From Sphyrna mokarran (Eukaryota), in NCBI GenBank assembly GCA_024679065.1, contig JAGIQG010000009.1, forward strand, positions 91,016,001 to 91,080,000: a stretch of DNA of 64,000 nt. The letters are read 5' to 3'. Of this stretch, positions 1 through 12,949 are shown piece by piece (the stretch's first letter is position 1; every line of letters starts with the position of its first letter). Made by a program: the position numbers and the translations under genes. The notes under the pieces were generated by a model. That model was not told the origin of the DNA, did not search any database, and saw nothing but the letters and a program-made list of their open reading frames with translations.

Positions 1-1340
1 GACAGGATCTACAGGCATTTAGAGATGCAAGGACTGATTAGGGACAGTCAGCATGGCTTTGTGAGTGGAAAATCATGTCTCACAAATTTGATTGAGTTTT
101 TTGAAGGGGTAACCAAGAAGGTAGATGAAGGCAGTGCAGTTGATGTTGTCTATGTGTACTTTAGCAAGGCCTTTGACAAGGTACTGCATGGTAGGTTGTT
201 GCATAAAGTTAAATCTCACAGGATCCAGTGTGAGGTATCTAAATGGATACAAAATTGGCTATAAATTGGTGTTGCCAACTTCTTAACAGAAGCCAGAGTG
301 TGGTTGTAGAGAGTTGTTTTTTTAAAACTGGAGGCCTGTGACCAGCGGTGTACCTCAGAGATCAGTGCTGTGCCCACTGTTACTTGTCATTTATATTAAT
401 GATTTGGATGAGAATATGGGGGGCATGGTTAGTAAGTTTTCAGATGACACCAAGATTGGTGGCATAGTGAACAGTGAAGAAAGTTATCTCCAATTGCAAT
501 CTTGATCAATTGGGCCAGTGGGCTGACAAATAGCAGATGGAGTTTAATTTAGACAAATGTGAGGTGATGTACTTTGGTAGACTGAACCAGGGCAGGACTT
601 ATTCCGTTAATATAGGGCATTGGGGAGAGCTACAGAACAAAGTGATTTAGGGGTACATGTTCATAGCTCCTTGAGAGTGGAGTCACAGCTAGACAGAGTG
701 GTGAAGAAGGCACTTGGCATGCTTGATTTCATTGGTTAGAACATTGAATACAGGAGTTGGAACATCTTGTTAAAGTTGTACAAGACATTGGTAAGACCAC
801 ATGTGTGCAATTCTGGTCACCCTATCACAGAAAGGATATTTTTAAACTAGAAAGAGTGCAGAAAAGATTTGCTAGGATGCTACCGGGACTTGATGGATTG
901 AGTTATAAGGAGAGGCTGAATAGATTGGGACATTTTTTTCTCTGGAATATAGGAGGCTGAGGGGTGACTTTATAGAGGTCTACAAAATATTGAGGGGCAT
1001 AGACAAGGTGGATAGTCAATATCTTTTCCCAAAGTAGAGGAGTCTAAAACTAGAGGGCATAAGTTTAAGGTGAGAGGAGAGAGATACAAGAATGTCCAGA
1101 GAGGCAATTTTTTCACACAGTGTCTGGAACAAGCTGCCAGAGGTAGTAGAGGCAAGTACAATTTTATCTTTTAAAAAGCATTTAGATAGTTATATGGGTA
1201 TGATGGGTATAAAGGAATATGGGCCAAATGCGGGCAATTGTGATTAGCTTAGGGGTTTAAAACAAAACGGCAGCATAGACAAGTTGGACTGAAGGGCTTG
1301 TTTTCATGCTGTAAACTTCTATGACTCTGTGACTCTATGA
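1..1340 (+). mobile_element. CR1-clade LINE, decayed 3' portion (RT to tail)
   Basis: ORF fragments QHGFVSGKSCLTNLIEFF, FSKAFDKV and CVQFWSP..LERVQKRF; ends in (ATGACTCT)-type tail repeats at about 1319-1340. Confidence 0.93.
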
Positions 1341-3290
1341 GTCGCAAATGACACTGAACATTGTGCAATCATCGATGAACATCCCTACTTCTGACCTTAA
1401 GATGGAGGGAAGGTCATTGATGAAGCAGCTAAAGATTGTTAGGCCTAGGACACTACCCTGAGGGACTCCTGCAGAAATGTCATGGAGTTGAGATGACTGA
1501 CTCTCACAACATTTTCCCATGTATCAGGTATGACTCCAGTCAATGGAGAGTTTGCCCCCTGATACCCATTGATCAAGTTTCACAAGCGCTCCTTGATGCC
1601 ACACTCGGTCAATGCGGCCTTGATGTCACTCTCACCTCACCTCTGGAATTCAGTTCTTTTGTCCATGTTTGAACCAAGGCTGTAATCAGGCCAGGAGCTG
1701 AGTGACCCTGTGAAACCCAAACTGGGTGTCACTGAGCAGGTTATTGCTGACCAGGTGCTGGTTGATAGCACTGTTGATGACCCGTCCATCATTTTACCAA
1801 TGATCAAGAGTAGACTGATTGGGCAGTAACTGGTGAGGCTGGATTGTCCTGTGTTTTGTGTACAGGACATACCTGGGCAATTTTCCACATTGTTGCTTGT
1901 TGCCAGTGTTGTAATTGTATTGAAAGAGCTTGGCTAGAAGAGCTGCAAGATCTGGAGCACAAGTCTTCAGTACTATTGCTGGAATGTTATCAGGGTCTAT
2001 TGCCTTTGCAGTATCCAGTGTCTCCAACTGTTTTTTGATATCACATGGAGTGAATCGAGTTGGCTGGGAATTAGCATCTGAAATTCTGGGGACCACTGGA
2101 GGAAGCCAAAATGAATCATCCGCTTGGCGCTTCTGGCTGAAGATTGCTGCAAATACTTCAGCCTTATCTTTTGCACTGATATGCTGGGCTCCTTCATTAT
2201 TGAGATAGGGATACTCGTGGATCCTGTTTCTGCAGTGGATGTGGAAGAACTGTAGAGCTTAGGTCCGGTCCGTTGGTTGTGGGATCGCTTAGCCCTGTCT
2301 ATCATTTGTTGTTTTTGCCATTTAGCCTGCAAGTAGTCCTACTTGATAGCTTCAACAGGTTGACAACTCATTTTTAGATATACCTAGACTGTGCCTGGTA
2401 TGCCTTCCTGCACTTTCCATTGAACCAGGGTTGATCCCCTAACTTGATGGTCATGGTTGAGTGGGGGATATGCCAGACCATGATTGTGCTGGAGTACAGT
2501 TCCACTGCTGTTGACGGCCCCCAGCGCATCATGGACGCTCAGTCTTGAGTTGTTAAATTGGTTCAAAGTCTGTCCCATTTAGCATGGTATAGTGCCACAC
2601 AACACAATGGAGGTTATTCTCAATGTGAAGGTAAGACTTCATCTCCACAAGTACTATGTGGTGGTGACTCTTACCAATACTGTCAAAGACAGAAACATCT
2701 GCAGCTGGCAGAGTGGTAAGGATGAGATCAAGGATGTTATTTCCTCTCGTTGGTTCCTTCACCACCTGCTACAGATTCAGCCTAGCAGTTATATCCTTTA
2801 GGACCAGACCAGCTTGATCAGTAGTGCTGCTGCTGCATTACTCATGGTGGTGGACATTGAAATCTCCCACCCAGAGTATATTTTGCACCTCTTCCACCAT
2901 CAGTGCTTCCTCCAAATGTTGTTCAACATGGAGGAATACTGATTCATCAGCCAAAGTTAGCGGTACATGGTAACCAGTAAGAGATTTCCTTGCCCATGTT
3001 TAACCTGAAGTCGTGAGGCTTCAGGGGGTCTGAAGTCAATATTAAGGACTCCCAAAGCAACTCCCTCCCAATTAAATACCACTGTGCCACCACCTCTGCT
3101 GTGTCTGTCCTGCCAGTGGGACAGGCCATATCCAGGGATGGTAATGGTGGTGTCTGGGTGTTATCTGTAAGTATGATTATGCAAGAGTGACAGGCTGTTG
3201 CTTGACTAGTCTATGAGACAGTTCTCTCAATTTTAGCACTTGCCCTCGATGTTAGTAAGGAGGACTTTGCATGGTCAAAAGGCTGTTTGT
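1341..3290 (-). mobile_element. Second CR1-superfamily LINE family, endonuclease plus RT relic
   Basis: Minus-strand fragments EPTRGNNILDLILT (APE endonuclease), KAIDPDNIPAIVLK and GVPQGSVLG..FINDLP..MFIDD; many stops and frameshifts. Confidence 0.88.
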
Positions 3291-3379
3291 TTTGCCGTTG
3301 TTTTTTCTGATGCCTAGGTCGATGCTAGGTGGTCTAACTGGTTTTATTTCTTTGTTGAGATTTGTAGTGATTGTTACAA

Positions 3380-3686
3380 CTGAGTGGCTTGCTAGGCCAT
3401 TTCAGACAGCAGTTAAGTGTCATCTTGCTGTGACTCTGGAGTCATGTACAGGTTACACCAGGTAAGGGCAGCAATTTCTTTCTCTAAAGGACATTAATGA
3501 ATCAGATGGGTTTTTCTGTTAATCAACAATGGTTTCATGGTCATTGGTAAAATCTTAATTCCGGATTTTTAAAAGTAATTTCAAATTCACCATTTGCCAT
3601 GGTGGGATTTGAACCCAGGTCCCCAGAACATTACCTGGGTTTTTGGATTAACAATCTATTGATAGTACCAGTAGGCCATTGCCTCA
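3380..3686 (-). mobile_element. tRNA-derived (A/B box) SINE-like head contiguous with the 5' end of the preceding LINE
   Basis: Minus-strand A box TGGCCTACTGG (3668-3678) and B box GGGTTCAAATCCC (3604-3616); same module recurs at 38465-38668, 11340-11470 and 54016-54200. Confidence 0.7.
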
Positions 3687-3727
3687 CCATCCCCAAATAT
3701 ATATCCAGTAGCATCCCCTTATGCAGT

Positions 3728-4168
3728 CAGGTTTGAGTTATAAGGAGAAGCTGGATAGACTGGGACTTTTTTCCCTGGAGCTTGGGAGGCTTAGGGGTGA
3801 TCTTAAAGAGGTCTGTAAAAGAAATGGGCACAGATCAACTAGACAGTCAATATCTTTTCAGAAAGGTAGGGGAATCTAAAACAAGAGGGAATAAGTTTAA
3901 GGTGGGAAGGGAGGGATACAAAAGGGTCTAGAGGAACAATATTTTCAAGAAGGTGGTGAGTGCCTGGAACAAATTGCCACAGGTAGTGGTAGAGGTGGGT
4001 ATAATTTTGTCTTTTAAAAAGCATTAGACAATTACATGGGTGAGATGGGTATAGAACGATATGGGCCAAACATAGGCAATTGGGACTAGCTTAGTGGTCA
4101 AAAAAAGGGGCAGCATGGACAAATTGGTTGAAGGGTCTGTTTCCATGCTGTAAACCTCAATGACTCTG
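3728..4168 (+). mobile_element. CR1 LINE 3' fragment (same family as 1-1340)
   Basis: Colinear with 895-1335, including the tail GCTGTAAAC..ATGACTCT. Confidence 0.88.
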
Positions 4169-4169
4169 C

Positions 4170-4365
4170 ACTTACTCCCCAAAAGAACATCTCATCCTGA
4201 CTGTCCCCTCTGCTCGTTTCCTGTAACTCTACATTTCCCAAGGCCGATCCACCTACCTGTACATTTTTGGACTGTGGAAGGAAACCATAGCACTCAGAGG
4301 AAACCCACACAGATATGGGGGGAACATACAAACTCCACATAGGCAGTCATCCGAGGCTGGAATTG
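4170..4365 (-). mobile_element. HE1-type (V-SINE) fragment
   Basis: Reverse complement of the HE1 core TGTCTGTGTGGAGTTTG..GGGTTTCCTC..CCACAGTCCAAA seen in intact copies such as 39356-39709. Confidence 0.8.
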
Positions 4366-4454
4366 AATGTGTTTTTTGATTCTGTGAGGTATGAGTGTGA
4401 ACCGTCATCTGGATCCAATTGTTTAATATCCAGTATCCACCTGTGTCCATTTGT

Positions 4455-6772
4455 GGGCGGCACGGTGGCACAGTGGTTGGCTGCTTCCTCAGAGTCCTAA
4501 GGACCTGGGTTCAAGTCCAGTCTTGGATCACTGTATGGATTTTGCACGTTCTGATGAGACAGGGAGGTTATGGTAGGTTATAGGAACCGTGGTGCACAAA
4601 ATTTGTAATGAATCTAGTTGAAAAGAAAAGAAAAATATACAAAAGATTCTGGGAGCTAGGTAATGTTAGCGATCTAGAGGAGTATATGGCTTGTAGGAAG
4701 GAATTTAAGAAGGAAATTAGAAGAGCCAGAAGAGGTCATGAGAAGGCCTTGACAGATAAGATTAAGGAAAACCCTAAGTGTTCTACAAATATGCGAAGAG
4801 TAAAAGGATGAGATGCGAAGGAATAGGATCTATTAAATGTGATGGAGGAAAAGTTTGTATAGAACCGGTAGAAATAGCAGAGGTGCTCAATGAATATTTT
4901 ACTTCGGTATTCATGGTGGAAAAAGATCTTGGCGGATATAGTGCAGGCTTGCAGCGGACTGAAAAGCTTGAGTGTATGGACATTAATAAAGAGGATGTGT
5001 TGGAGCTTTTGCATTGCATCAAGATTGATAAGTCACCAGGACTGGATGAGATGTGCCCCAGGTTACTGTGGGTGGCAAGGGAAGAGATTGCAGGGCCTCT
5101 GGCGATGATCTTTGTATCGTCAATGGAGACGGGAGAGGTTCCAGAGGATTGGAGGATTGCGGATATAGGTTCCTATATTCAAAAAAGGGAATAGGGATAG
5201 CCCAGGAAATTATTGACCAGCGAGTCTAACCTCAGTGATTGGTAAGTTGATGGAAAAGACACTGAGACACAGGATTTATTAACATTTAGAGAAGTATAGT
5301 ATAATCAGAAGTAGTCAGCACAGCTTTGTTAAAGGCAGATCATGAATTACGAGCCTAGTTAAATTTTATGAAAATGTGACTAAACACATTGACAAAGGAA
5401 GAGTGGTGGGATGTGGTTTACATAGACTTCAGCAAGGCATTTGATAAGGTCCCCCATGCAAGGCTTATTGAAAAACTGAGGGGACATGGGATCCAAGGGG
5501 ACGTTGCTTTGTGGATCCAGAACTGGCTTGCCCGCAGAAAGCAGAGAGTGGTTGTAGATGGGTCTTTTTCTGCATGGAGATCGGTTACCAGTGGAGTGCC
5601 CTAGGGATCTCTTCTGGGATCCTTGCTGTTTGTGACTTTTATAAATGAGCTGGATGAGGAAGTGGAGGGATGGGTTGGTAAGTTTGCCGATGATACGAAG
5701 GTCAGAAGTATTGTGGATAGTTCAGAGGGATGTCAGAAGTTGCAGTGTTACATAGGATGCAAGACTGGGCAGAGAAGTGGCAGATGGACTTCAACCCAGA
5801 TAAATGCATAGTGGTACATTTTGGCAAGTCAAATGGGATGAAGGAATATGATATTAAGGGTAAGGCTCTTAGTAGTGTGGAAGATCAGAAGGATCTTGGG
5901 GTCTGGGTTCATAGGACTCTCAAGTCATCTTTGCAGGTAGAGGATGTGGTTAAAAAGGCGTATGGTGTACTGGCCTTCATCAATCAAGGGACTGAATTTA
6001 GAGTCAGGAGATATGCTGCAGCTGTCTAAGATCCTGGTCAGACCCCACTGTGCTCAGTTCTGGTCACCCCATTACAGAAAGGATATGGAAGCCATAGAAA
6101 GGGTGCAGAGGAGATTTACAAGGATGTTATCTGGATTGGATGGCATGCCTTATGAGGATAAGTTGAGAGAACTCAGTCATTTCTCCTCAGAGAGATGAAG
6201 GATGAGAGGGGACTTGATAGCGGTGTATAAGGTGATCAGGTGGACTCTCAGAGGCTTTTTCCCAGGGCTCAAATGGCTGCTGCAAGAGTACATAGGTTTA
6301 AAGTGCTGGGGAGTAGGTACAAAGGTGACGTCAGGGGTAGATTTTTCACTCTGAGGGTTGTGGGGTGTGGAATCAGCTGCCATTGGTGGTGGTGGAGGCA
6401 AATTCGTTAGAGTCTTTTAAGAGATGTCTGGATGAATATATGTGACTTAATAGGATTGAGGGTTCTTGCTAAGCCTAGTAGGTAGTGATAAGATCGGTGC
6501 AACTTGTGGGCCAAACGGCCTGTTTGTACTGTAGTTTTTCTATGATTCTCCCTGTGTCCATGGGGTTTTCTCTGGGTGGTTCAGTTTCCTCCCACAGTCC
6601 AAAAATGTGCATGCTATGTTAATTGGCCATGCTAAATTGACTTTAGTGTCAGGGGATTAGCAGAGTAAATATGTAGGGTTACGGGAATAGGGCCTAGGTG
6701 GGATTGTGGTCAGTGCAAACTTGATGAACCAAATGGCCTCCTTCTGCACTGTTGGGATTCTATAATTCTATG
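4455..6772 (+). mobile_element. HE1-type SINE split by a CR1 insertion (pieces 4455-4552 and 6546-6772)
   Basis: GGGCGGCACGGTGGCACAGTGG head and B box; body resumes after the CR1 with TTCT duplicated (4549-4552 and 6546-6549). Confidence 0.85.
4553..6545 (+). mobile_element. 5'-truncated CR1 LINE inserted in an HE1 SINE
   Basis: ORF2 fragments KSPGLDEMCPRLL, DFSKAFDKVPH and KFADDTK; CR1 tail stem-loop at about 6505-6545. Confidence 0.93.
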
Positions 6773-7529
6773 AACAAGTTTTAATCTATAAATTCAGAAG
6801 TGAATCCATCAAGAACAACAATTTATTTTAAGAGTTATACTTCCAAAATTTGAAAAAAAAGCATAATTCATATAATTATCCATGATTTTAAAAAGCAAAT
6901 TGGTTATTATGCTTATTGCTGAATATGATTAAAAAATTGTAGGAAAAAAGTTGGAGCATGTTGCTATTTTAGATCAGAGAAGCACCACTACTTGGCGATG
7001 CAGGGCTGCAGTTAGTTTCTATTATTTTATGATATTATAAACTTGGAATGTGGGGAATCTAAGACTCAAACAATAAACATGATTAGTCCAACCAGGCAGG
7101 CAAACAGGAGAATTGCTTTATCCAGAGAATGGATTGTACACAGAAATTGCTCTGCCATGGAGTATAGGTACATTTCAGCAGAAGCTACAAACATTCAAAG
7201 GAGATATGAATTGGAAGATATACCAATTAGCCTAACTGAACCTTAGCAGCTATTGTGTGAGAGTGAATTCCAAATTTCTATGACTCTCCATGTCATGACT
7301 GTGAAAGTGCTTCGTGATTGGGTCCCAAAATGGCCCTGATCTATTTTTTAAGATTGTCTTTCCTTCATCTGGACTTCACCACTACAGGAAATAGTTTCTC
7401 TCCAAAATACTACTGATTTTCTGTACCACATTAATCTCCTCAATCAATTATTCTTCAGTTTAATGAAATGCAATTAATCCATGCAATGTCATCATCATCA
7501 ATCTTCTGAGATTGGTTTCATTCTAGCGA

Positions 7530-7865
7530 ATCTCCAAGTTGGAGAAGGAGAAAGTGAAGGTGGTGGAAGGGAGAAGGAGGAAATGAAGAGAGCAAGAGGG
7601 GGAGAGAGAAATGGTGGAGGCACAAGGAGAAGGGAGTGGAGAGAGACGAAATAGGCAGGAAGAAGTACAAGTGGAGGAAGTGAATGTGATGGTCTAGAGC
7701 AGAGATAGGAGAAAGAGGAGAGGGGAAAGGAGGGAATAAAGGGAAGAAGTAGAGGGAGAATGTAAGAGGAAGTGGAAGAGGAATTTGAAGGGGAAAGGAA
7801 GAGGAAGAAATGGAAGAGTAATTTGAGGAGCAAGTGCAGGATGAGAAAGTGGGAGGGGTGGGAGA
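7530..7865. repeat. Purine-rich low-complexity tract
   Basis: Almost entirely A/G on the + strand. Confidence 0.85.
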
Positions 7866-8372
7866 CACTTCCACAGCATCAGCAGAGCTGTCCAGGTAGA
7901 TAATGTAAGTTAGTGATTTTTATGTAGTATTTATGTTATAATTCAAGTCAGAAACTCCAAGGTATTTTATGAAGTCTGCCTGGATCATAGGTTTTGCAAT
8001 TTGAATTTGACTAGGGTAAACATGAGATGTTTCACTTCAAGTGTGATTCAACTGACCCATGAGGGAGCTTTTATCAAACAAAGTTAATTTAAGAATGCAG
8101 TTAACATATAGCAATTATAAATAACAAATAAGAAAAAACCCCATGATATTATACAACCCTTGACAAGTATATGAAATTTCCAATTAAACATCTTCCTATA
8201 CATATCCCTTGCCACGAGTTTAGCACAGAAAATACAAATGCTCACGTGATGCTGGTACTTAGTCCTTTGATTAGAGAATTGAACTTTTGACTTCCCAGCC
8301 TTGTAATTTCCAGCAGCCCTCTTGATATACACACAGACAAGCTTGAAGTCAGAAATTTCCCAAAGCCCTGAG

Positions 8373-8373
<1 letters not shown>

Positions 8374-8406
<33 letters not shown>
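8374..8406. repeat. (GA)n microsatellite
   Basis: Direct inspection. Confidence 0.95.
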
Positions 8407-8409
<3 letters not shown>

Positions 8410-10717
8410 TCAGTACTAGATAGCAAACCACTAACAGCAGAATTTTCACTCCAGGAAGGCAAGGAGGCCTGCTTCCAGCTAGTAAGCTGAATTTACAATA
8501 CCAGAGAGTGAGAGAACACTGCTTTTCAGGCTGATATCCAAACACCTTCCAACTAAAATGAAACAGCCCAAACTGAAAATGAAAGAACTGTCACTTGACA
8601 GGGCCACTGTGCATATGCCGATCTTGGCACAGACAAATTTTTGCATAGTGGCCTGCTCAGCGCTATGCTGCCGGCAGCAATAGGTCCTGTCCCCAGAACA
8701 GCACTGAAAAAGAGACACAGTGGCAACTGTGTCAGGTATTAAGAGTGCAGTCAATGTTCTTGTCTGCTTTTTTTTAAATTCTACCTTCAAAATTTCAAAT
8801 CAACTTTAATCAATTATACTTGTTTTAGCCATGTTTATGTCATTAATATTATTTCTGAAGCTGTATTCTATTATGGTCACTATTGCTCAAGTGTTCTCCA
8901 ACTTTCACATCTTCATCTGTTTTGGTTCACTTCCCATTACTAAAGCCAGTTATTAATCCTCTCCTTTTGGGCTTCCTAAATATTAGGCAATAAAAGAGTT
9001 CTGCACTACTACATCCTCTTTACCATATTCTCTTCAAGCTAATTGATATCAGATATTTGATACTCATCATGATTATTATTCTATGGGTGTAATATTATAG
9101 CCCGCTCCTGCTGGTGGAACTTTCCAGTCCTGCTGAAATCAGTGGAGTTTTGAATGACTCACCACAACTTAATGGCTTTGCCTCTATCTAGACAGAACCT
9201 CTTCATTCTGTACTTTCTACACATTTTTTAAATTTTTCTGTGCATTTCATCTTCTACCTTTGTTCCATTATTCAACTTATATCAGGTAATCACATCTTTC
9301 TTCAAAATCCTCCTCACCAAAGTTTTATCACCCCTTCTGATACCTCATTCAGAACAGTGTCTTTTATCTTTCATCATTCCCCTATGAAGCACTTTGGGAG
9401 TTTTTCCAGGTTCTATATAAATGTAAGTTGTTGTTCTGGATTAAAATTGCTTCATAGTTTATCATCCAACCTGATATGTTTCAGAACATTCCAAAGTTCA
9501 GGTGATGCATGTGCTATTTCTCAAACTTCTCTTTGGTTACAGGACTCATTTTGAAATAGATTTGTAATGAGCTCTGGGCAAATTAAGTTCTGAATTGCCC
9601 ACATTCCAGTTTTAAGATATCACTGAACAGAGAAAGTGACTGTCTCAGCCACCAGATGGTGCTATTTCACCATCCTGTCTCAGGAACAGTCTCCATCTGC
9701 CCCTTCTATATACCCTAAATTGTTCATCAGTTTGTCAGAATAATCCATTTCCCTTTTCAAGTCATTTGTGAAACAGGTGAAGCATATTTCCTTGGAAAAA
9801 ACTTTAAACAGAGATCGTTATTCTTAATAACTTTCTTTTGTAGTCAAAATTGCTGTCTGAGAGTGTGAGAACACCAGGGCTTGCTACAACATGCTGAACA
9901 CCAGAATAAGGTCCTCTTCGGTATCTGTGTCATAAAACATTTCTCAAACTATGCTTTTAAATTTAAGCTCTTGTTAGGAATTTGGAGATCATTAATGGAT
10001 ATTTGACATGAGAAAAGTATCAGAGTAAAACATATGAAGCATTTTGTAGTAGCATAACATTACATTTTACTCAGTAATGTTAGACATCTATCCTTCAATT
10101 AAAAATTTTAGGCCGTGATTTGTTGTTTCGTTCATCAATGGGATGTGGGCATTACTCACTGGACAGCTTTGTTGCCCATCCTTAATTGCCCTTGAACTGA
10201 TTGGCTTGCAGATAATACTGCCAAATGTCTCCCATCTTCTGTCTTATTTCAGAACCTTCCTTTGTCCTCCCCAACCCTTACATTTCATCCATATAAAAAT
10301 TTGTACATTTCTAACTTTTTCTCAGTTCTGATGGAAGATCACACCTGGAACATTAACGCTCTTGCTCTCTCATCAATGCTGTCTGAACTGCTGAAATCAA
10401 TGTGTTTCTCACTGAGCTGAGACTAGATCCTCTCCACTTTTCAGCTCATTATTTCTTATTGCAGAGCAAAGTGCTCATTGAATCTCACGGCAGAGTGGGC
10501 AGGGATTCATCTGCCCCACTAGTGGCTCATGGGGTCGAAGATCCTGGTGCCAAATTTAATCAGCATCTGAACATTCATTCACTCTGAACAAGTGTGTAGA
10601 GAATCTATTGAAAATGCAGACCGAAGATCCAAACATTCTTCCAAACATTCCAGGATAGGTGCACATGCTCTTTCCAAGGGATATGAGCCACAGCCCCACT
10701 ACTGGCCTGATGAAAGT

Positions 10718-11165
10718 CGCAGTAAGAAGTCTCATAACACTAGGTTAAATCGAACAGGTTTATTTGGTAGCGCAAGCCACTGGCTTTTGGAGCGCTGCTC
10801 CTTCATCAGATGAGTGGGAGTTCTATTCACAAACAGGACATATAAAGACACAAATTCAATTTATAAAATAATGGTTGGAATGTGAATCTTTATAGGTAAT
10901 CAAGTCTTAAAAGTACAGACAATGCGAGTGGAGAGAGGGTTAAGCACAGGTTAAGGAGATGTGTATTGTCTCTAGCCAGGATAGTTAGTGAGATTTTGCA
11001 AGTCCAGTCAAGTTATGGGAATTACAGATAGTGTGACAGGAACCCAAGATCCAGTTGAGACCATCCTCATGTGTGCAGAATTTGGCTATCAGTCTCTGCT
11101 TTATTGTGCGGAATGAAGGTTGCCTTGGAGAATGCTTATCCGAAGGTCAGGTGCTGAATGCCCAT
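10718..11165 (-). mobile_element. Penelope-like element 3' end/pLTR with decayed hammerhead motif
   Basis: Colinear with 47975-48425; minus strand CTGATGA-AGGAGCAGCGCTCC-(A)AAA at 10777-10818 followed by AATAAA. Confidence 0.82.
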
Positions 11166-12019
11166 GATTTGCTTTGATGGAAATCACTAGGGAGATTTGC
11201 TCATATAGACCTTAAAAGGAAGTGCTCCCCCAAAATAAATCCACCTTTTCATCATTCTGAACTTACACTCACATAAAACTGTCGGGCAGCCTAAGATTTA
11301 CAATCCACAAGAATCTTACACATTAACAGCAAAAGTTAAAAGTCTAATGATAACCTTGTTGATTATTGTAAAAACCCATCAGGTTCAATAACATGATTGA
11401 CTATTGAATGCCTGAAGTGAAGGACAGTTAGGGATGAGAATAAATGCTGCCCATTTCCTGTAAATAAATTTTCTAAAAATTGTGACTCCAGAGGATCATA
11501 CTTTTTCAGAAATGCAGGCCTGAATTTTCTGGTAGTTTTGTGGCGTGTTTTCTGGAGGGATCTTCTGATCCCATCGAAGTCTATGGTGGTTTGTATGGTT
11601 CATCCACCTCGTCGCTGCAGGTGGGAGAGGAGTGGATCAAAAAATCTTGCCAGCAAGAATGACTAGAAAATAATTTCTTTTTAAATGACATATTGCTTTG
11701 CATATATTGGTAATAATCATCAAATTCCCTCCTTCAAATGTAGCATTTCTCACTTTTGATGTTGTACCTCATTACCATGCAGTTACTGGTCCTAAATTTT
11801 TGCCAATGATTTTTCTCTTACTCTTTCAAACATTGAGATGACTTAAAAGCAAGATATTGTGAATGCCAAAAATCTGTAATCACAACAGGAAATGCTGGAA
11901 AAACTCAATAGGTCTAGCAGCATCTGTGGAGAGAAACAGGGTAAGCATTGTGAGACAGAGCTGCAAGGAGGTAGGAATGTGGTGGGATTTATGCTGCTGC
12001 AAAGAGGGGATAAACAAAT

Positions 12020-12945
12020 TTGATTTGATTAGATTTGATTTAGTATTGTCATATGTATTCAATGAAAAAATACTGTTTTTTGCACAGTATACAAAGCATA
12101 CTGTTCATAGAGAAGGAAAGCAGACAGTGCAGAACGTAGTGCTACAATTATAGCTGGGGTGCAGAGAAAGATCAACTTAATACGAGGTAGGTCTTTTCAA
12201 AATTTGATGGTAGCAAGGAAGAAGCTGTTTTTGAGTTGTTTGGTACATGATTTCAGACTTTCATATCTTTTTCTCAATAGAAGAAGGTGGAAGAGAATAT
12301 AGAACATAGAACATAGAACATTACAGCACAGAACAGGCCCTTCGGCCTTCGATGTTGCACCGACCAATATAAAAAGCAATGCCCCTCCAAACTAAACCAT
12401 TCCCTTCTCTTCCATATACTTATCAACTAACCTCTTAAACACCACCAAACTTGGCGCATCTACAACTGCTGCGGGCAGGGCGTGTTTGGGGTGTGTGGGG
12501 TCCTTGATTATGCTGGCTGCTTTTCCAACGCAGAAGGAAATGTATAAAGTGTCAATAGATGGGAGCTGGTTTAAATAATCGACTGGGCTTCATTCACGAT
12601 ATTTTGTAGTTTCTTGCGGTTTTGAATAGAGCAGGAACCATACCAAGTTGTGATATAATCGGAAAGAATGCTTTCTGTGGTGCATCTGTAGAGATTGGTT
12701 AGAGTTGTAATGGATATGCGAAATTTCCTTAGTCTCCTGAAAAAGTAGAAGCGTTGGTGAGTTTCCCTAACTATAGCGTCCGCATGGAGGGACGAGGACA
12801 CATTGTTGGTGATCTGGGTACCTAAAAACTTGAAGCTCTCAACCCCCTCTGCTTCATCCTCATTGATGTGAACAGTGGCCTTTCACTAATCTTCCTAAAG
12901 TCAATGATTATCTCCTTCATTTTGTTGACATTGAAGAAGAGATTA
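12020..12945 (-). mobile_element. Rex1/Babar-type LINE 3' fragment, interrupted by a CR1 tail
   Basis: QRFYFFRRLRKF..LTNLYRCTTESILSDYITTWYGSC is characteristic of the Rex-Babar RT C-terminus; (AATCA)-like tail at about 12020-12040. Confidence 0.82.
12298..12482 (-). mobile_element. CR1 3' tail fragment with (TTCTATG)n
   Basis: ATAGAAC repeats and AGGCCCTTCGGCC stem; near-colinear with 41140-41320. Confidence 0.88.
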
Positions 12946-12949
12946 TTAT

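Noticed and set aside
7498-7879. Overlapping L/S/P/F-rich ORFs (also 41488-41936)
   Set aside because: Artefacts of purine/pyrimidine low-complexity sequence
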